This document shows, piece by piece, positions 15,875 to 24,571 of a DNA stretch of 32,826 bases. The position numbers and the translations under genes are program-made. Under the pieces are notes generated by a model that did not search any database, was not told the DNA's origin, and worked only from the letters and a program-made list of their open reading frames with translations. Every line of letters starts with the position of its first letter. The first letter of the stretch is position 1. The DNA comes from a virus (Duplodnaviria > Caudoviricetes), in IMG/VR virus record IMGVR_UViG_3300037863_000038, positions 1 to 32,826 of that record. One strand, given 5' to 3'.

Positions 15875-17921
15875 ATGGTTGAGTTTGGTCTTCAACCAGT
15901 TCGCTAATTTCGCGAGCCATATTAATGGCATGATCTTCGGTGTCAATGTCAATATTGGCCAAGGTCTCAACGGTTTTAGCGCGCGCAAGCTCTGCATCGG
16001 CTACTGTCTTGACAGTATCGGCACGGGCTTTGGCTGCTTTGGCTGTGGCTTCCTCGGCTGCGGCTTGCAGGAAAATGGCGTTCGGGTCTTGCGGCTTGTT
16101 CTGCATCTCGGCGATTAACTCTTCGGCTTCTTTGTCTGTCGGTTTTACGACACCCATGCGAATCAGACGCATACGGAAGAAGTTGCGCACCTCTGAGATG
16201 CCCTCGCCTTCCATGTTCATCATGGCCATGCTGCCCAGCACTTGCAAGGTCTCGGGGTCTTGGGTGATCTGCATCATGCCAGTGAGGGCGCGGACAGTGG
16301 CGGCTTTCTTGCTGCTGCTGCTTGGGCCTACGTCCACCGTCACGTCAAACTGGGCCTCGCTCAAGTCGTTCTGTAGCTTCATCTCGCCGGTCTCTTGGTC
16401 AATCATGGGCTTCATGAGTTCAACTTGTGCCGGGGATTCGTCGGCTCCGATGATCTTCATTTTGCGACCGTCTTCTACGTACACCTCTTTAGCCATGCTC
16501 AACCATATCTCGCCGCAACGCTTCATCGCTTTGCTGAAATTACTCATGTAGATGAAGGTCTGCATGTCCAGGCGCTGCTGGATCATCTCAACCGCTTTGC
16601 CTGAGATGTTGCTAACGATTTTGTCGCCCGCCGACTGGTTGCCTAAGATGTCCTGCATGTCGGTTTCGGTGACTTGCAAGAGCGCGGCCATCGCTGGTGG
16701 GATGTTGGGCGCTCTGGTGTAAGCGACTGGGCCTGCGATGGATTGGCTGCCGTCGGGTCCGGTGATCGGGTTAATCAGCAGGTAAGGGTAATCTTTTAGA
16801 TTGTCCTCGGACCACATGACCTGATGGCCTGCAACCTGCTCGGGCGTGAGGATGGGTTTCTCAACGCTTGACAATGCGCTGATCTCACCCAGCTTGCTGA
16901 GTTGCATGTTCTTAAGACGCTGGGCATCCTTTGCCAAGCGGACGTGACCCATGCATCGCTCGATGTTGTCCACAAACCACCGTTTTCCGTAGACCGGCAC
17001 GATGGGGATGCACTTGCCTGCAATGTAGCCTGCGTCCTCAAGCACGCGACCGCCGGACATGACGTACTTGCGCACCTTGCGGGTCTTGATCTTGCGTTGC
17101 CGGACCTCTTGGCTGCCGATGGCGGCCAGGGTGTCTTCTAGGGCTGGATCGTTCTCAAAGTCTTTAGCCCTGTACTTTTCCTCAGTGCCGTCGATGGCCC
17201 GAAAGATGCGGATGGTCTCGGTAACGTCCTCAACCTTGTAGTATTCCGCTACAAATACGACGTCTGGGGTGCTCCAATCAAACTCGTATTGGTGGACTGT
17301 CTTTGGCCAGTTGGTGGGGTTGTCGTCAAACTCGGCTTCGTAGCTGTCGCGGGTCATGGAATAGACAACATAACAAAACCGAGCGTCGGACTTGTCCTGG
17401 CGCTTGGCGTTAAGGTCAAAAAACACAGAGCTATCAGCGTCAAAGATAGGCTCAATCATGATCCGCTGGCGCTCGTTGTCTTCGCTCTCGTCGTCCTCGT
17501 ACTGAGTGCGCAAGCGCCAAGCTCCGAAGCCGCCGCCTACTGCTTCCTCAAAGGCATTGTCATACGCCTCATCAGCCACGCTGTCTTGCTCGTCTGCGCG
17601 GTAGAGTCCGTCGCAGGTGTCGGCAAGCTGGTCGGCTTCGCTGCCGTCTTTGGGCGTGTAGTCCACCGTGATGCGGTTATTGCGGTACTCGCTGATGATC
17701 CGCATGACGGCAAGCGCGATCTTGTTAACCTCAAACTTGGGCTTGTTCTCGTAAATATCCCAAAGCGGTCCTTCCCACTGAGCGCCGCTGATAGAGTAAA
17801 AACGCCGGTCTTGCAGGCATTGCAATCTTTCGTCGCGCAGGGCTGTTTGGACGTCATCAAATTGCGCCATTGCATCTGCATGAAGGTCTGCTAATCGCTG
17901 CTCTTTGCTAAGTCGTGCCAT
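15858..17921 (-). CDS. Portal protein, P22 gp1-like
   Basis: 687 aa; DRRF...GAQW, KPKFEVNKI, GGFGAWRL, IPIVPVYG, AKDAQRLKN, DVGPS. Confidence 0.95.
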   Translation of the reverse strand: MARLSKEQRLADLHADAMAQFDDVQTALRDERLQCLQDRRFYSISGAQWEGPLWDIYENKPKFEVNKIALAVMRIISEYRNNRITVDYTPKDGSEADQLADTCDGLYRADEQDSVADEAYDNAFEEAVGGGFGAWRLRTQYEDDESEDNERQRIMIEPIFDADSSVFFDLNAKRQDKSDARFCYVVYSMTRDSYEAEFDDNPTNWPKTVHQYEFDWSTPDVVFVAEYYKVEDVTETIRIFRAIDGTEEKYRAKDFENDPALEDTLAAIGSQEVRQRKIKTRKVRKYVMSGGRVLEDAGYIAGKCIPIVPVYGKRWFVDNIERCMGHVRLAKDAQRLKNMQLSKLGEISALSSVEKPILTPEQVAGHQVMWSEDNLKDYPYLLINPITGPDGSQSIAGPVAYTRAPNIPPAMAALLQVTETDMQDILGNQSAGDKIVSNISGKAVEMIQQRLDMQTFIYMSNFSKAMKRCGEIWLSMAKEVYVEDGRKMKIIGADESPAQVELMKPMIDQETGEMKLQNDLSEAQFDVTVDVGPSSSSKKAATVRALTGMMQITQDPETLQVLGSMAMMNMEGEGISEVRNFFRMRLIRMGVVKPTDKEAEELIAEMQNKPQDPNAIFLQAAAEEATAKAAKARADTVKTVADAELARAKTVETLANIDIDTEDHAINMAREISELVEDQTQPFVNPQ

Positions 17922-17943
17922 ATGTGTTCACCTTGGTTGGCGT

Positions 17944-17972
17944 ATTTTCGCTCATTTTTACCACTTCGACAA
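17944..17972 (-). promoter_or_regulatory. Sigma70-like promoter TTGTCG-17-GAAAAT upstream of the portal gene
   Basis: Direct motif read; TGAGCGAAAATA is nearly identical to TGTGCGAAAATA at 8793-8804. Confidence 0.55.
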
Positions 17973-19187
17973 AGTTGGTATTGGCTGGAAGTTCATTTGC
18001 TTGTTCTGGTTGGCGGTGCGGCGCACGCCTTCGCAAGCGTAACGCAGCGCGTCAATGACGTGGTTCTTCTTGTCTTCCAGCACTGGCAGAATCTTACCTG
18101 TTAACGGGTCTTGCTTATAACTGTAAAGCGTTAGCTCGTCAATTGTGTGCGTGCAACGCGGGTGAACAACGATGTCGTAGTTCTTTAAAAACTCAATACC
18201 TTCCTCAACCGACTTCGGGCCTTTAACCGCTGTCATGATCTTGGGGAAACCGTTCTTGCGCATGTGGCTGATGGTCTCGGGGCGGGCTGAGTCGGCCACG
18301 ATTGGCCACTTCTCGGCTTCAGGCACTTGCATGAATAGCTCTGGCGTGTTGACGATCTCACAGCCTACCATGTAGGCCTCGTGGTCAATGTAAAGCGTGC
18401 GGCCAATGATGTGACAACGCACCAAGGTAGTCGGGTCAACAGCAAAGCCCCAGTCGGCGCCGAGCCGGTGGATCGCGTCGGCAGGTGCTTCGAAGTCGTC
18501 AATGCGCCAGTTCTTGAAGACCCGAGCCTGGCTGTTGGTTAGATAGCTGCCTTGCCAAACGTGTTGATATTTTTCTGGGTCTCGGCGCTTATCGTATTCC
18601 ATCTCGTCTTTTAGGACGTGCGGAAACCAAGGGTTTTCTGAGAAGTTGACGCGCAGGACGTGGGCGTCTTTGGGCGGTGTAGCACCGCGAAGCAAAAAGT
18701 CTACCGGGTCGCTATGCTGTCGCGGATTCCAGGTGAACCACAATTCACTTTCAGGCTTTCGAATGGTTGGGCGCAGCAAGTCAAGGCTGGTCTGGCTTAG
18801 GCTTTGGGCTTCCTCAACCCAAGCGCAGTCGTATCCTTCCAGCGACTTGATTGAGTCGGCGGTGTGGTTCTGCATACCCTGAAAGATAATCATGCCGTCG
18901 CCCTTCTTGGACTTGATAACAGCCTCTTGCACTTCGAAATAGGCGCCTGCGTTCATGGCCTCAATCTTGGTTTCAAGCAAGCGTTTGACGGATTGGTTCA
19001 GTGATTTTTGAATCTCACGCACGCAAACCGAGCGCCGCTTCTGATCCAAGATATGCGCCTCAATCATCATCTCTGCAAAGAAGTGCGACTTTCCTGAGCC
19101 ACGGCCTCCCCAAGCGCCTTTGTAGCGTGATGGCTCTAGCAGGGGGATTGCCCAGGCTGGGGTTTGGATTTGCAGAGTCTTGCTCAT
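17958..19187 (-). CDS. terL: Terminase large subunit, PBSX/Sf6 headful type
   Basis: Walker A GGRGSGKS, Walker B WVEEAQ, WNP, nuclease motifs GADWGF and NHVIDALRY. Confidence 0.95.
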   Translation of the reverse strand: MSKTLQIQTPAWAIPLLEPSRYKGAWGGRGSGKSHFFAEMMIEAHILDQKRRSVCVREIQKSLNQSVKRLLETKIEAMNAGAYFEVQEAVIKSKKGDGMIIFQGMQNHTADSIKSLEGYDCAWVEEAQSLSQTSLDLLRPTIRKPESELWFTWNPRQHSDPVDFLLRGATPPKDAHVLRVNFSENPWFPHVLKDEMEYDKRRDPEKYQHVWQGSYLTNSQARVFKNWRIDDFEAPADAIHRLGADWGFAVDPTTLVRCHIIGRTLYIDHEAYMVGCEIVNTPELFMQVPEAEKWPIVADSARPETISHMRKNGFPKIMTAVKGPKSVEEGIEFLKNYDIVVHPRCTHTIDELTLYSYKQDPLTGKILPVLEDKKNHVIDALRYACEGVRRTANQNKQMNFQPIPTLSKW

Positions 19188-19606
19188 TGCTTGATGATGA
19201 CGCGCTCGATCTTGCGGTACTCAATGGGCGCTCCATCAACACCGCTGTGCTCGTGGTGCTGCACTTCCTTCCAGCGCATCTGGGTCTTGGACCACCAGAT
19301 GGCCGCCGTAGTGTCGCCTGCCATGACCTTTTGAAATAGGGTCTTGCCGACCTGTCCATTGGCCTTGGCTTTGCCGGAGATCAGCTCGCTGCTGAAGTGC
19401 TTGCGCAGAGTGTCTGTGTCAATGCCGTTGCGCACCAGAACTGCGATCTGCTCAATGGGCAGGCCGTATCCGGAAAGCGCTTCGACCTGTTTGCGCTCGG
19501 CATCGGTTGGCTCAAACGGCTTTCGGCCTGCGCCTTCCCGAGCGCCGCCATTGGGTCCAGCCTTTTTAGTAACCGATTTTTCAGTTGTTGGTTTCTTTGT
19601 TGCCAT
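19184..19606 (-). CDS. terS: Terminase small subunit
   Basis: NGGAREGAGRKP, HTH-like segment, AAIWWSKTQMRWKE, HSGVDGAPI; ATGA-coupled to terL. Confidence 0.8.
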   Translation of the reverse strand: MATKKPTTEKSVTKKAGPNGGAREGAGRKPFEPTDAERKQVEALSGYGLPIEQIAVLVRNGIDTDTLRKHFSSELISGKAKANGQVGKTLFQKVMAGDTTAAIWWSKTQMRWKEVQHHEHSGVDGAPIEYRKIERVIIKQ

Positions 19607-20840
19607 CTTTAACCTCCGCGAAAGGTTCGCCAGTTTCTGCGTGAGTTGCTATTTTACCTGTGAAGTCCTGCCAGCGTTTGACAATGACGTCGCAGTATTT
19701 TGGGTCCAGTTCCATCATTCGGCAGTCGCGGGCGGTCTTTTCGCAGGCGATCAGGGTTGAACCGCTGCCGCCGAATAGGTCAACGATGATTTTTTTGTCG
19801 GCCATTGAATAATAATCAAAGAACCAAACCACCAATTCAACAGGCTTCTGCGTCGGGTGAACGCGCTTTTTGGTGTCGTCTTTTGCCATGCCGTGATGAC
19901 CCGACCACAAGATGCGCGCCACCATCCGCTTGTGCTTTGTTTTGGACCAGCAAAGTTCAAACGTGTTTCCTACAACCTTGTCCATATTGTCTGCGCACCG
20001 CTTGTCCCACACGACCCACGACCCTTCGTTTCGATTTGGAATCAAGTCACTGTAATAATCAGCACCCCAAAGAAAGATTTCCTTACAGTAATCAAACGCT
20101 GCAAAAACCGTGTTTATGAAATCAGGGCTGAAGTCGTCATTGTCTCCAATAACTGCGTTGAACCGCTTCCCGGTTTTTTTGTGCGCCGCGTCGCCACTAA
20201 ACATTGCGTCGTAGTTTGTGTTGAGAAACATACCATAAGGCGGATCGGTAAACACCATATCAGCCTTCTGCCCGTCCATCAGCCGCTCCACCGCATCAAT
20301 GCTAGTAGAGTCCCCGCACATTAGTCTGTGATTGCCCAACACCCAAACGTCGCCGGGAACGGTCGTTGGGTTTATTGGGGCCTCTGGCGCGTCGTCCGGG
20401 TCCGTAAGGCCCGGCTCAAGCTGTTCAGGCGTCAGCGCGTCAATCTCAGCTGCCGTGAACCCCGTCAGGTCAAGATCAAACCCCAGATCAGTCAGCTCGC
20501 CAAACTCTAAGGCCAGCATCTGCTCATCCCATCCAGCATTGAGCGCCAGCTTGTTGTCCGCAATAACGTATGCGCGTTTCTGCGCATCAGTCCAGCCGCT
20601 GGCCACCATTACCGGCAATTCCTTAATGCCGAGCTTACGGGCTGCCAGGACCCGTCCGTGGCCTGCAATCAGGCCGCCTTCTTCATCCACCAAGACTGCG
20701 GTGGTAAAGCCCCACTCTTTGATTGATGCCGCGATCTGGGCGACCTGCTCATCGCTGTGAGTTCGGCTGTTGCGTGCGTAGGGGATGAGCTTGCCAATGG
20801 GCCATTGCGCGACTTTATCGGCTGGGTTGGTCTTGGCCAT
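19581..20840 (-). CDS. ParB/Srx-domain fused DNA N6-adenine/N4-cytosine methyltransferase
   Basis: LIPYARNSRTH, IAGHGR, IADNKL; then CGDS, TDPPY, HPTQKP, DLFGGSGST, ELDPKY. Confidence 0.93.
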   Translation of the reverse strand: MAKTNPADKVAQWPIGKLIPYARNSRTHSDEQVAQIAASIKEWGFTTAVLVDEEGGLIAGHGRVLAARKLGIKELPVMVASGWTDAQKRAYVIADNKLALNAGWDEQMLALEFGELTDLGFDLDLTGFTAAEIDALTPEQLEPGLTDPDDAPEAPINPTTVPGDVWVLGNHRLMCGDSTSIDAVERLMDGQKADMVFTDPPYGMFLNTNYDAMFSGDAAHKKTGKRFNAVIGDNDDFSPDFINTVFAAFDYCKEIFLWGADYYSDLIPNRNEGSWVVWDKRCADNMDKVVGNTFELCWSKTKHKRMVARILWSGHHGMAKDDTKKRVHPTQKPVELVVWFFDYYSMADKKIIVDLFGGSGSTLIACEKTARDCRMMELDPKYCDVIVKRWQDFTGKIATHAETGEPFAEVKDGNKETNN

Positions 20841-20843
20841 AAA

Positions 20844-20978
20844 TTAAAACCCGCCGCCGCCGCTAGTCGTTGTGCAAACAACATCCCCGTTAAGGGTCTT
20901 GGTGCAACGGGTGACGGTCTGCGCTTGAACGGCCTGAGCAGCAAAAAGCGCTGCAATGATGATGATGATGGTTTTCAT
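20844..20978 (-). CDS. 44-aa secreted peptide, not in the ORF track (MKTIIIIIAALFAAQAVQA-QTVTRCTKTLNGDVVCTTTSGGGGF)
   Basis: AGGA RBS; fills the gap with 3-nt spacers on both sides; Sec signal-peptide pattern; two Cys. Confidence 0.75.
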   Translation of the reverse strand: MKTIIIIIAALFAAQAVQAQTVTRCTKTLNGDVVCTTTSGGGGF

Positions 20979-20981
20979 AAT

Positions 20982-21179
20982 TTACTTTCCTGTGTGATTT
21001 TGTGTTGATGCTGTATTGTGCTTCATGTTTTGAATTCTTGCCAGCTTCATTGCATCTTTAAGGTCGAGGCGCAGTTGCTCGGTTGCTTGCTGCTCGGCCA
21101 GCAGCCGGGTGTAGCAGTCTTGAGAAAACTTGGCCAGGTTCTCGTGTGACCATGTTTTGAAGTTTGGGGTGTCGGTCAT
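20982..21179 (-). CDS. Hypothetical small coiled-coil protein
   Basis: ATGA-coupled to the upstream gene; PNFKTWSHENLAKF. Confidence 0.7.
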   Translation of the reverse strand: MTDTPNFKTWSHENLAKFSQDCYTRLLAEQQATEQLRLDLKDAMKLARIQNMKHNTASTQNHTGK

Positions 21180-21556
21180 TTGGCTTTGCTCATGTTGGGA
21201 GTCACAAGATCATGCCATCGTTTGTGGCAAGCGCGACAAAGGTAGCTAGTTGGCCACTGTTCGGCATCTAAAAATAGATACTGTGGTGCCCAGTGGTGTA
21301 GTTCGCCTTCTAGCTTATCGCAGACTTCGCATTTTATTTGTTCTTGTTTTTTTGCGTAATACTCTTGCGTTCTTGTCTTTACATATTCAAGTGGACCATT
21401 TTGAATTGCATAATCTAATGCAATTTGTTTTTTAATATAGTGGTTTGATACTGTATTGCAATCTATGCAGTACACCGGATAGACCGTTGAGCCTGAGACC
21501 GTGTTTGCTATTCCGATCTTGAGCTTTTCTGATCCGCAGTTCTTGCAGCTTTCCAT
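21176..21556 (-). CDS. Zn-finger plus HNH-like protein
   Basis: CxxC...CxxC, then CEVC...ELHHW...LCRACHKRWH; GAGGAG RBS. Confidence 0.75.
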   Translation of the reverse strand: MESCKNCGSEKLKIGIANTVSGSTVYPVYCIDCNTVSNHYIKKQIALDYAIQNGPLEYVKTRTQEYYAKKQEQIKCEVCDKLEGELHHWAPQYLFLDAEQWPTSYLCRACHKRWHDLVTPNMSKAK

Positions 21557-21593
21557 GCCTTCTCCTCATTGTTGTAAATTTGCAACATCGTTT

Positions 21594-21704
21594 GGGGACA
21601 ATGGGGACATACCTAAAGGTATATGTCCCCGTTTGTCCCCATAAAACTCGCCTTTGTCCGGGGACATTTGTCCCCATTTGTCCCCATTTGTCCCTTTTGT
21701 CCCC
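21594..21704. repeat. Iteron/palindrome cluster, putative replication origin
   Basis: About ten TGTCCCC/GGGGACA units, many at 10-bp spacing, including a long inverted repeat at 21594-21640; immediately downstream of the primase-helicase gene. Confidence 0.8.
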
Positions 21705-21707
21705 AGA

Positions 21708-23591
21708 TCATTTTCCGACCGATTGGAGCATCATCGCGCTTGCCGTAACCTCGTCAGAAACAATCCAGCCGTGTAAATGTGACTTAATAATTTCAGCGTT
21801 CAGCAGGTTATAAATCAAGCGACCTTCTTTGCTGGGCTTTGCGTATGTCTGAGCTGTTGCCTCAGTTAATCCCTCAATCTTGACGAGATAATCTACCAGT
21901 GCGCTTTTACTCAAATAAGGGACTCCCTGGTTATTCTCTTTTGTAGTATTCCAAGCGTTTGTAAACTTGCGAATGTCCTTTGCATAATTAGATTCTTTCT
22001 TTGTTTTCGGCTCTGGAACTTCTGTCGCGATAGCAAAGACAGCGCCGTTAATCTGCTCGCCGTCTTCATCAAACCATCCTAGATCAACGGGTTGCAGCTT
22101 GCCAAAGAAGGCGGGAGGCTCTTCGGTGTCCTTCATCTTGGTGCAGGAGACTTCAATCAAATCGTCTTTTTTGCTTATCAAAATCTGTGAGTCAAGAGAG
22201 GCTCTCCAAGCGCTTGAGCCACGCGCCCTTTGTTTCGCCTCGATTGAGACGCCGACGTGGTGGTTAAGGCACATTCCAGCGTTCAGGGCGCGACCTACAA
22301 TATGCACTGCGTTCAGCATGTTTCGGGTGTCCTGTGCGCTGTTTTCGTCGCCCTTCATGTGGTTGTTAACCGTATCAACAAATATCATTGCCGCGTCCTC
22401 GGTGGTCAGTTCTCGGACCGCCCCGATAATTTGAGCTGCTGCTGATGGGCTATCCATGTCGATGGCCTTGTTTGAAATTAGCAGGTTGTCCAGCTTGGTG
22501 ATTTGATGGGCTTTGCACCAAGCGGCAACCCGCTGCCTCAGACCGTAGTTTCCCTCGCCAGCCATATAGATAACGACGCCTTCTTTGGTTCGGTTGCCGT
22601 GCCAGTCCATGCCAGCGGCAATGTGGCAGGCCATGTCCAGGGTGATAAAGGTCTTGCCAGAGCCTGATTCTCCGTAAACCATGCTCACGCCGTAATCTGG
22701 GAGCCAGTGCTTGATGACCCACTTGAGAGGGGCGGGTTGGCCAAGGTAAGAGCTGGCGCGGGTAAAGAAATATTCTTGAGTCTCTGCTTTGGTGGCGGCA
22801 AGAATTGCCTCTGCTGCCTCATTTCCTATGCTTGCTGATGCGCCGACGTCCGAATCAGGTTCGTAGCGAACAACTGATCGAACGATCTGGGATAGCTCGC
22901 TGGAAGGTAAAGGTATCTCGCAGCGCGTTTCGTTGGCGACCGACAAGGCTGAGAAAATTTCAGCTTCGGTGAATCCGTGCCTGCGCATTGCGCCCCCCAT
23001 GGCAGCGAGTCCATTGTTTCGACTGCCCTGAATAAGCCCGCCGGCTGAAACCGCCTGGCGTTCGGCAGGTTTTCGCAATCCGTTGTAAGCCTGCATCCAT
23101 TCGCTGGGTATTTTGAAGGGTGCAACGCCGTCAAAGGGGTCGCTCATTGCTTCCCATTCGTAGGTCCGGCCTTCAATGGTGGACGGATGGGCAACAAAGT
23201 AGCGACCGTCTGCCAGCAGGTCAACGCCTTCGGTTAGTTTGCAAGACCTAATATCTGGCGTGTAGTCGGCGATGTGGTGAAAACCGCCGCCTGCCGTCAT
23301 TTGCATAGCACCGTCTGGGACTTTTCCGTTTTTCTCAGTCCACACTGACCAAGAGGTGTCGCCGCCGTTGCGCGGGTCAATGTCAAAGACAATGATTCCT
23401 GAGCGCTCGCCTGCTGCGATGCCGATGTTGAAGTCTGGGTTTTGCGCCCACCACTTTGCGATCTGCTCAGCGTTTGTTGTGGCGTCTTTTACGCCGTGCT
23501 GTGTCGCCGGGACTTTGCCATTTGGAACGACCGGAATGATGTGCCAGCCCCAGGAGGCATAGGTAAGAGCAGCCTCAGCTTTTGACATCAT
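21708..23591 (-). CDS. Bifunctional primase-polymerase with PriCT and RecA-like AAA_25 helicase domains
   Basis: NIGIAAG, VFDIDPRNGG, TAGGGFHH, GRYFVAHPS, GSRNN, GESGSGKT, FVDT, DENS, HH, ARGSSA. Confidence 0.93.
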   Translation of the reverse strand: MMSKAEAALTYASWGWHIIPVVPNGKVPATQHGVKDATTNAEQIAKWWAQNPDFNIGIAAGERSGIIVFDIDPRNGGDTSWSVWTEKNGKVPDGAMQMTAGGGFHHIADYTPDIRSCKLTEGVDLLADGRYFVAHPSTIEGRTYEWEAMSDPFDGVAPFKIPSEWMQAYNGLRKPAERQAVSAGGLIQGSRNNGLAAMGGAMRRHGFTEAEIFSALSVANETRCEIPLPSSELSQIVRSVVRYEPDSDVGASASIGNEAAEAILAATKAETQEYFFTRASSYLGQPAPLKWVIKHWLPDYGVSMVYGESGSGKTFITLDMACHIAAGMDWHGNRTKEGVVIYMAGEGNYGLRQRVAAWCKAHQITKLDNLLISNKAIDMDSPSAAAQIIGAVRELTTEDAAMIFVDTVNNHMKGDENSAQDTRNMLNAVHIVGRALNAGMCLNHHVGVSIEAKQRARGSSAWRASLDSQILISKKDDLIEVSCTKMKDTEEPPAFFGKLQPVDLGWFDEDGEQINGAVFAIATEVPEPKTKKESNYAKDIRKFTNAWNTTKENNQGVPYLSKSALVDYLVKIEGLTEATAQTYAKPSKEGRLIYNLLNAEIIKSHLHGWIVSDEVTASAMMLQSVGK

Positions 23592-23766
23592 GGCTGGTCG
23601 TACCTTGCAAGTAGTTGCTTAACTTCTCCATTGTTTCAGGCTTGACCATCTTCAGCTTTTTGGCTGAGATGCGCCAGATTTGGGGATAAGAAAGTCCACA
23701 AGCGTCTGCGACAGATCGAAGTTTTCGATCTTTCAATCGATCAATAATTTCAGGCATAGTGAGCAT
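23575..23766 (-). CDS. Cro-like HTH protein (63 aa from MLTMPE)
   Basis: LRSVADACGLSYPQIWRI helix-turn-helix; AAGGA RBS; first gene of the left arm. Confidence 0.75.
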   Translation of the reverse strand: MLTMPEIIDRLKDRKLRSVADACGLSYPQIWRISAKKLKMVKPETMEKLSNYLQGTTSHDVKS

Positions 23767-23800
23767 TTTTTTTCGTCCTTTGTAAAAAATATCTAATTCC

Positions 23801-23832
23801 GTGTGAACTATAGCACGAAAATGGGTTATGAT
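23801..23832. promoter_or_regulatory. Back-to-back divergent promoters
   Basis: Minus strand TGcTATAGT at 23815-23807; plus strand TATGAT at 23827-23832. Confidence 0.55.
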
Positions 23833-23893
23833 TGCGTCACTGCAAAACCAGATGTCCTGAAATTGCAGCAACAAACCGAAGGAGAAGCCAATC

Positions 23894-24571
23894 ATGGCAA
23901 TCAATTTAAAGACGACCGGCAGCCTGTCTGCCTCTGGGGTAAAGATGCTGGTGTATGGCCAGGCTGGGTCAGGTAAGACCAGCCTGATAAAAAGCCTGCC
24001 AAAGCCAATCGTGCTGTCCGCTGAAGGCGGCCTTCTATCTATCCAAGACGCTGACTTGCCTTACATAGAAGTCACCAGCATGACTGAGCTGCAAGAGGCC
24101 TACCGATGGCTGACTGAGGCGGATGAGGCCAAGGGCTTCCAGTCCGTGGCGCTGGATTCGATTAGCGAGATTGCTGAGGTTTGCCTAAACCACGAAAAGA
24201 AGGTCAACAAAGACCCGCGCGCAGCATATGGCGCAATGCAAGAGCAGATGGCCGACATTATCCGGGTGTTCCGCGACCTGCCTGGAAAGCACATTTATAT
24301 GTCTGCCAAGCTGGAAAAGACGCAAGACGAGATGGGCCGCATCTTGTATGCGCCCAGCATGCCTGGTAACAAAACAGGCCAATCGCTGCCCTACTTCTTT
24401 GACGAGGTGCTGGCCTTGCGGGTTGAGAAGGATGGCGAGGGTGTCACCCAGCGCGCACTGATGTGCGACAGCGATGGCCTGTGGCTGGCCAAGGACCGCA
24501 GCGGAAAGCTGGAGGCTTGGGAAGCGCCGGACCTGAGCGCCATCATTGCCAAGATCGGAGCAAAAGCATGA
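23894..24571 (+). CDS. Phage NTP-binding protein, AAA_24 / Sak4-like recombination ATPase
   Basis: LVYGQAGSGKT, VALDSISE, FDEV, AKDRSG; AAGGAG RBS. Confidence 0.88.
   Translation: MAINLKTTGSLSASGVKMLVYGQAGSGKTSLIKSLPKPIVLSAEGGLLSIQDADLPYIEVTSMTELQEAYRWLTEADEAKGFQSVALDSISEIAEVCLNHEKKVNKDPRAAYGAMQEQMADIIRVFRDLPGKHIYMSAKLEKTQDEMGRILYAPSMPGNKTGQSLPYFFDEVLALRVEKDGEGVTQRALMCDSDGLWLAKDRSGKLEAWEAPDLSAIIAKIGAKA

Noticed and set aside
13617-17894. Long plus-strand ORFs (13617-14303, 15940-16551, 17289-17894 and similar)
   Set aside because: Antisense shadows of coat and portal genes; no RBS or recognisable motifs
19581-20840. Plasmid-prophage partition system
   Set aside because: The ParB-like domain is fused to a methyltransferase and there is no ParA or parS array
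20956-20970. (GAT)n microsatellite as a phase-variation tract
   Set aside because: In-frame triplet repeat encoding the Ile run of a signal peptide; slippage would not shift the frame
21580-21813. ORFs across the TGTCCCC repeats, or a CRISPR array
   Set aside because: Units are 7-10 bp with no unique spacers; the translations merely reflect the DNA repeat
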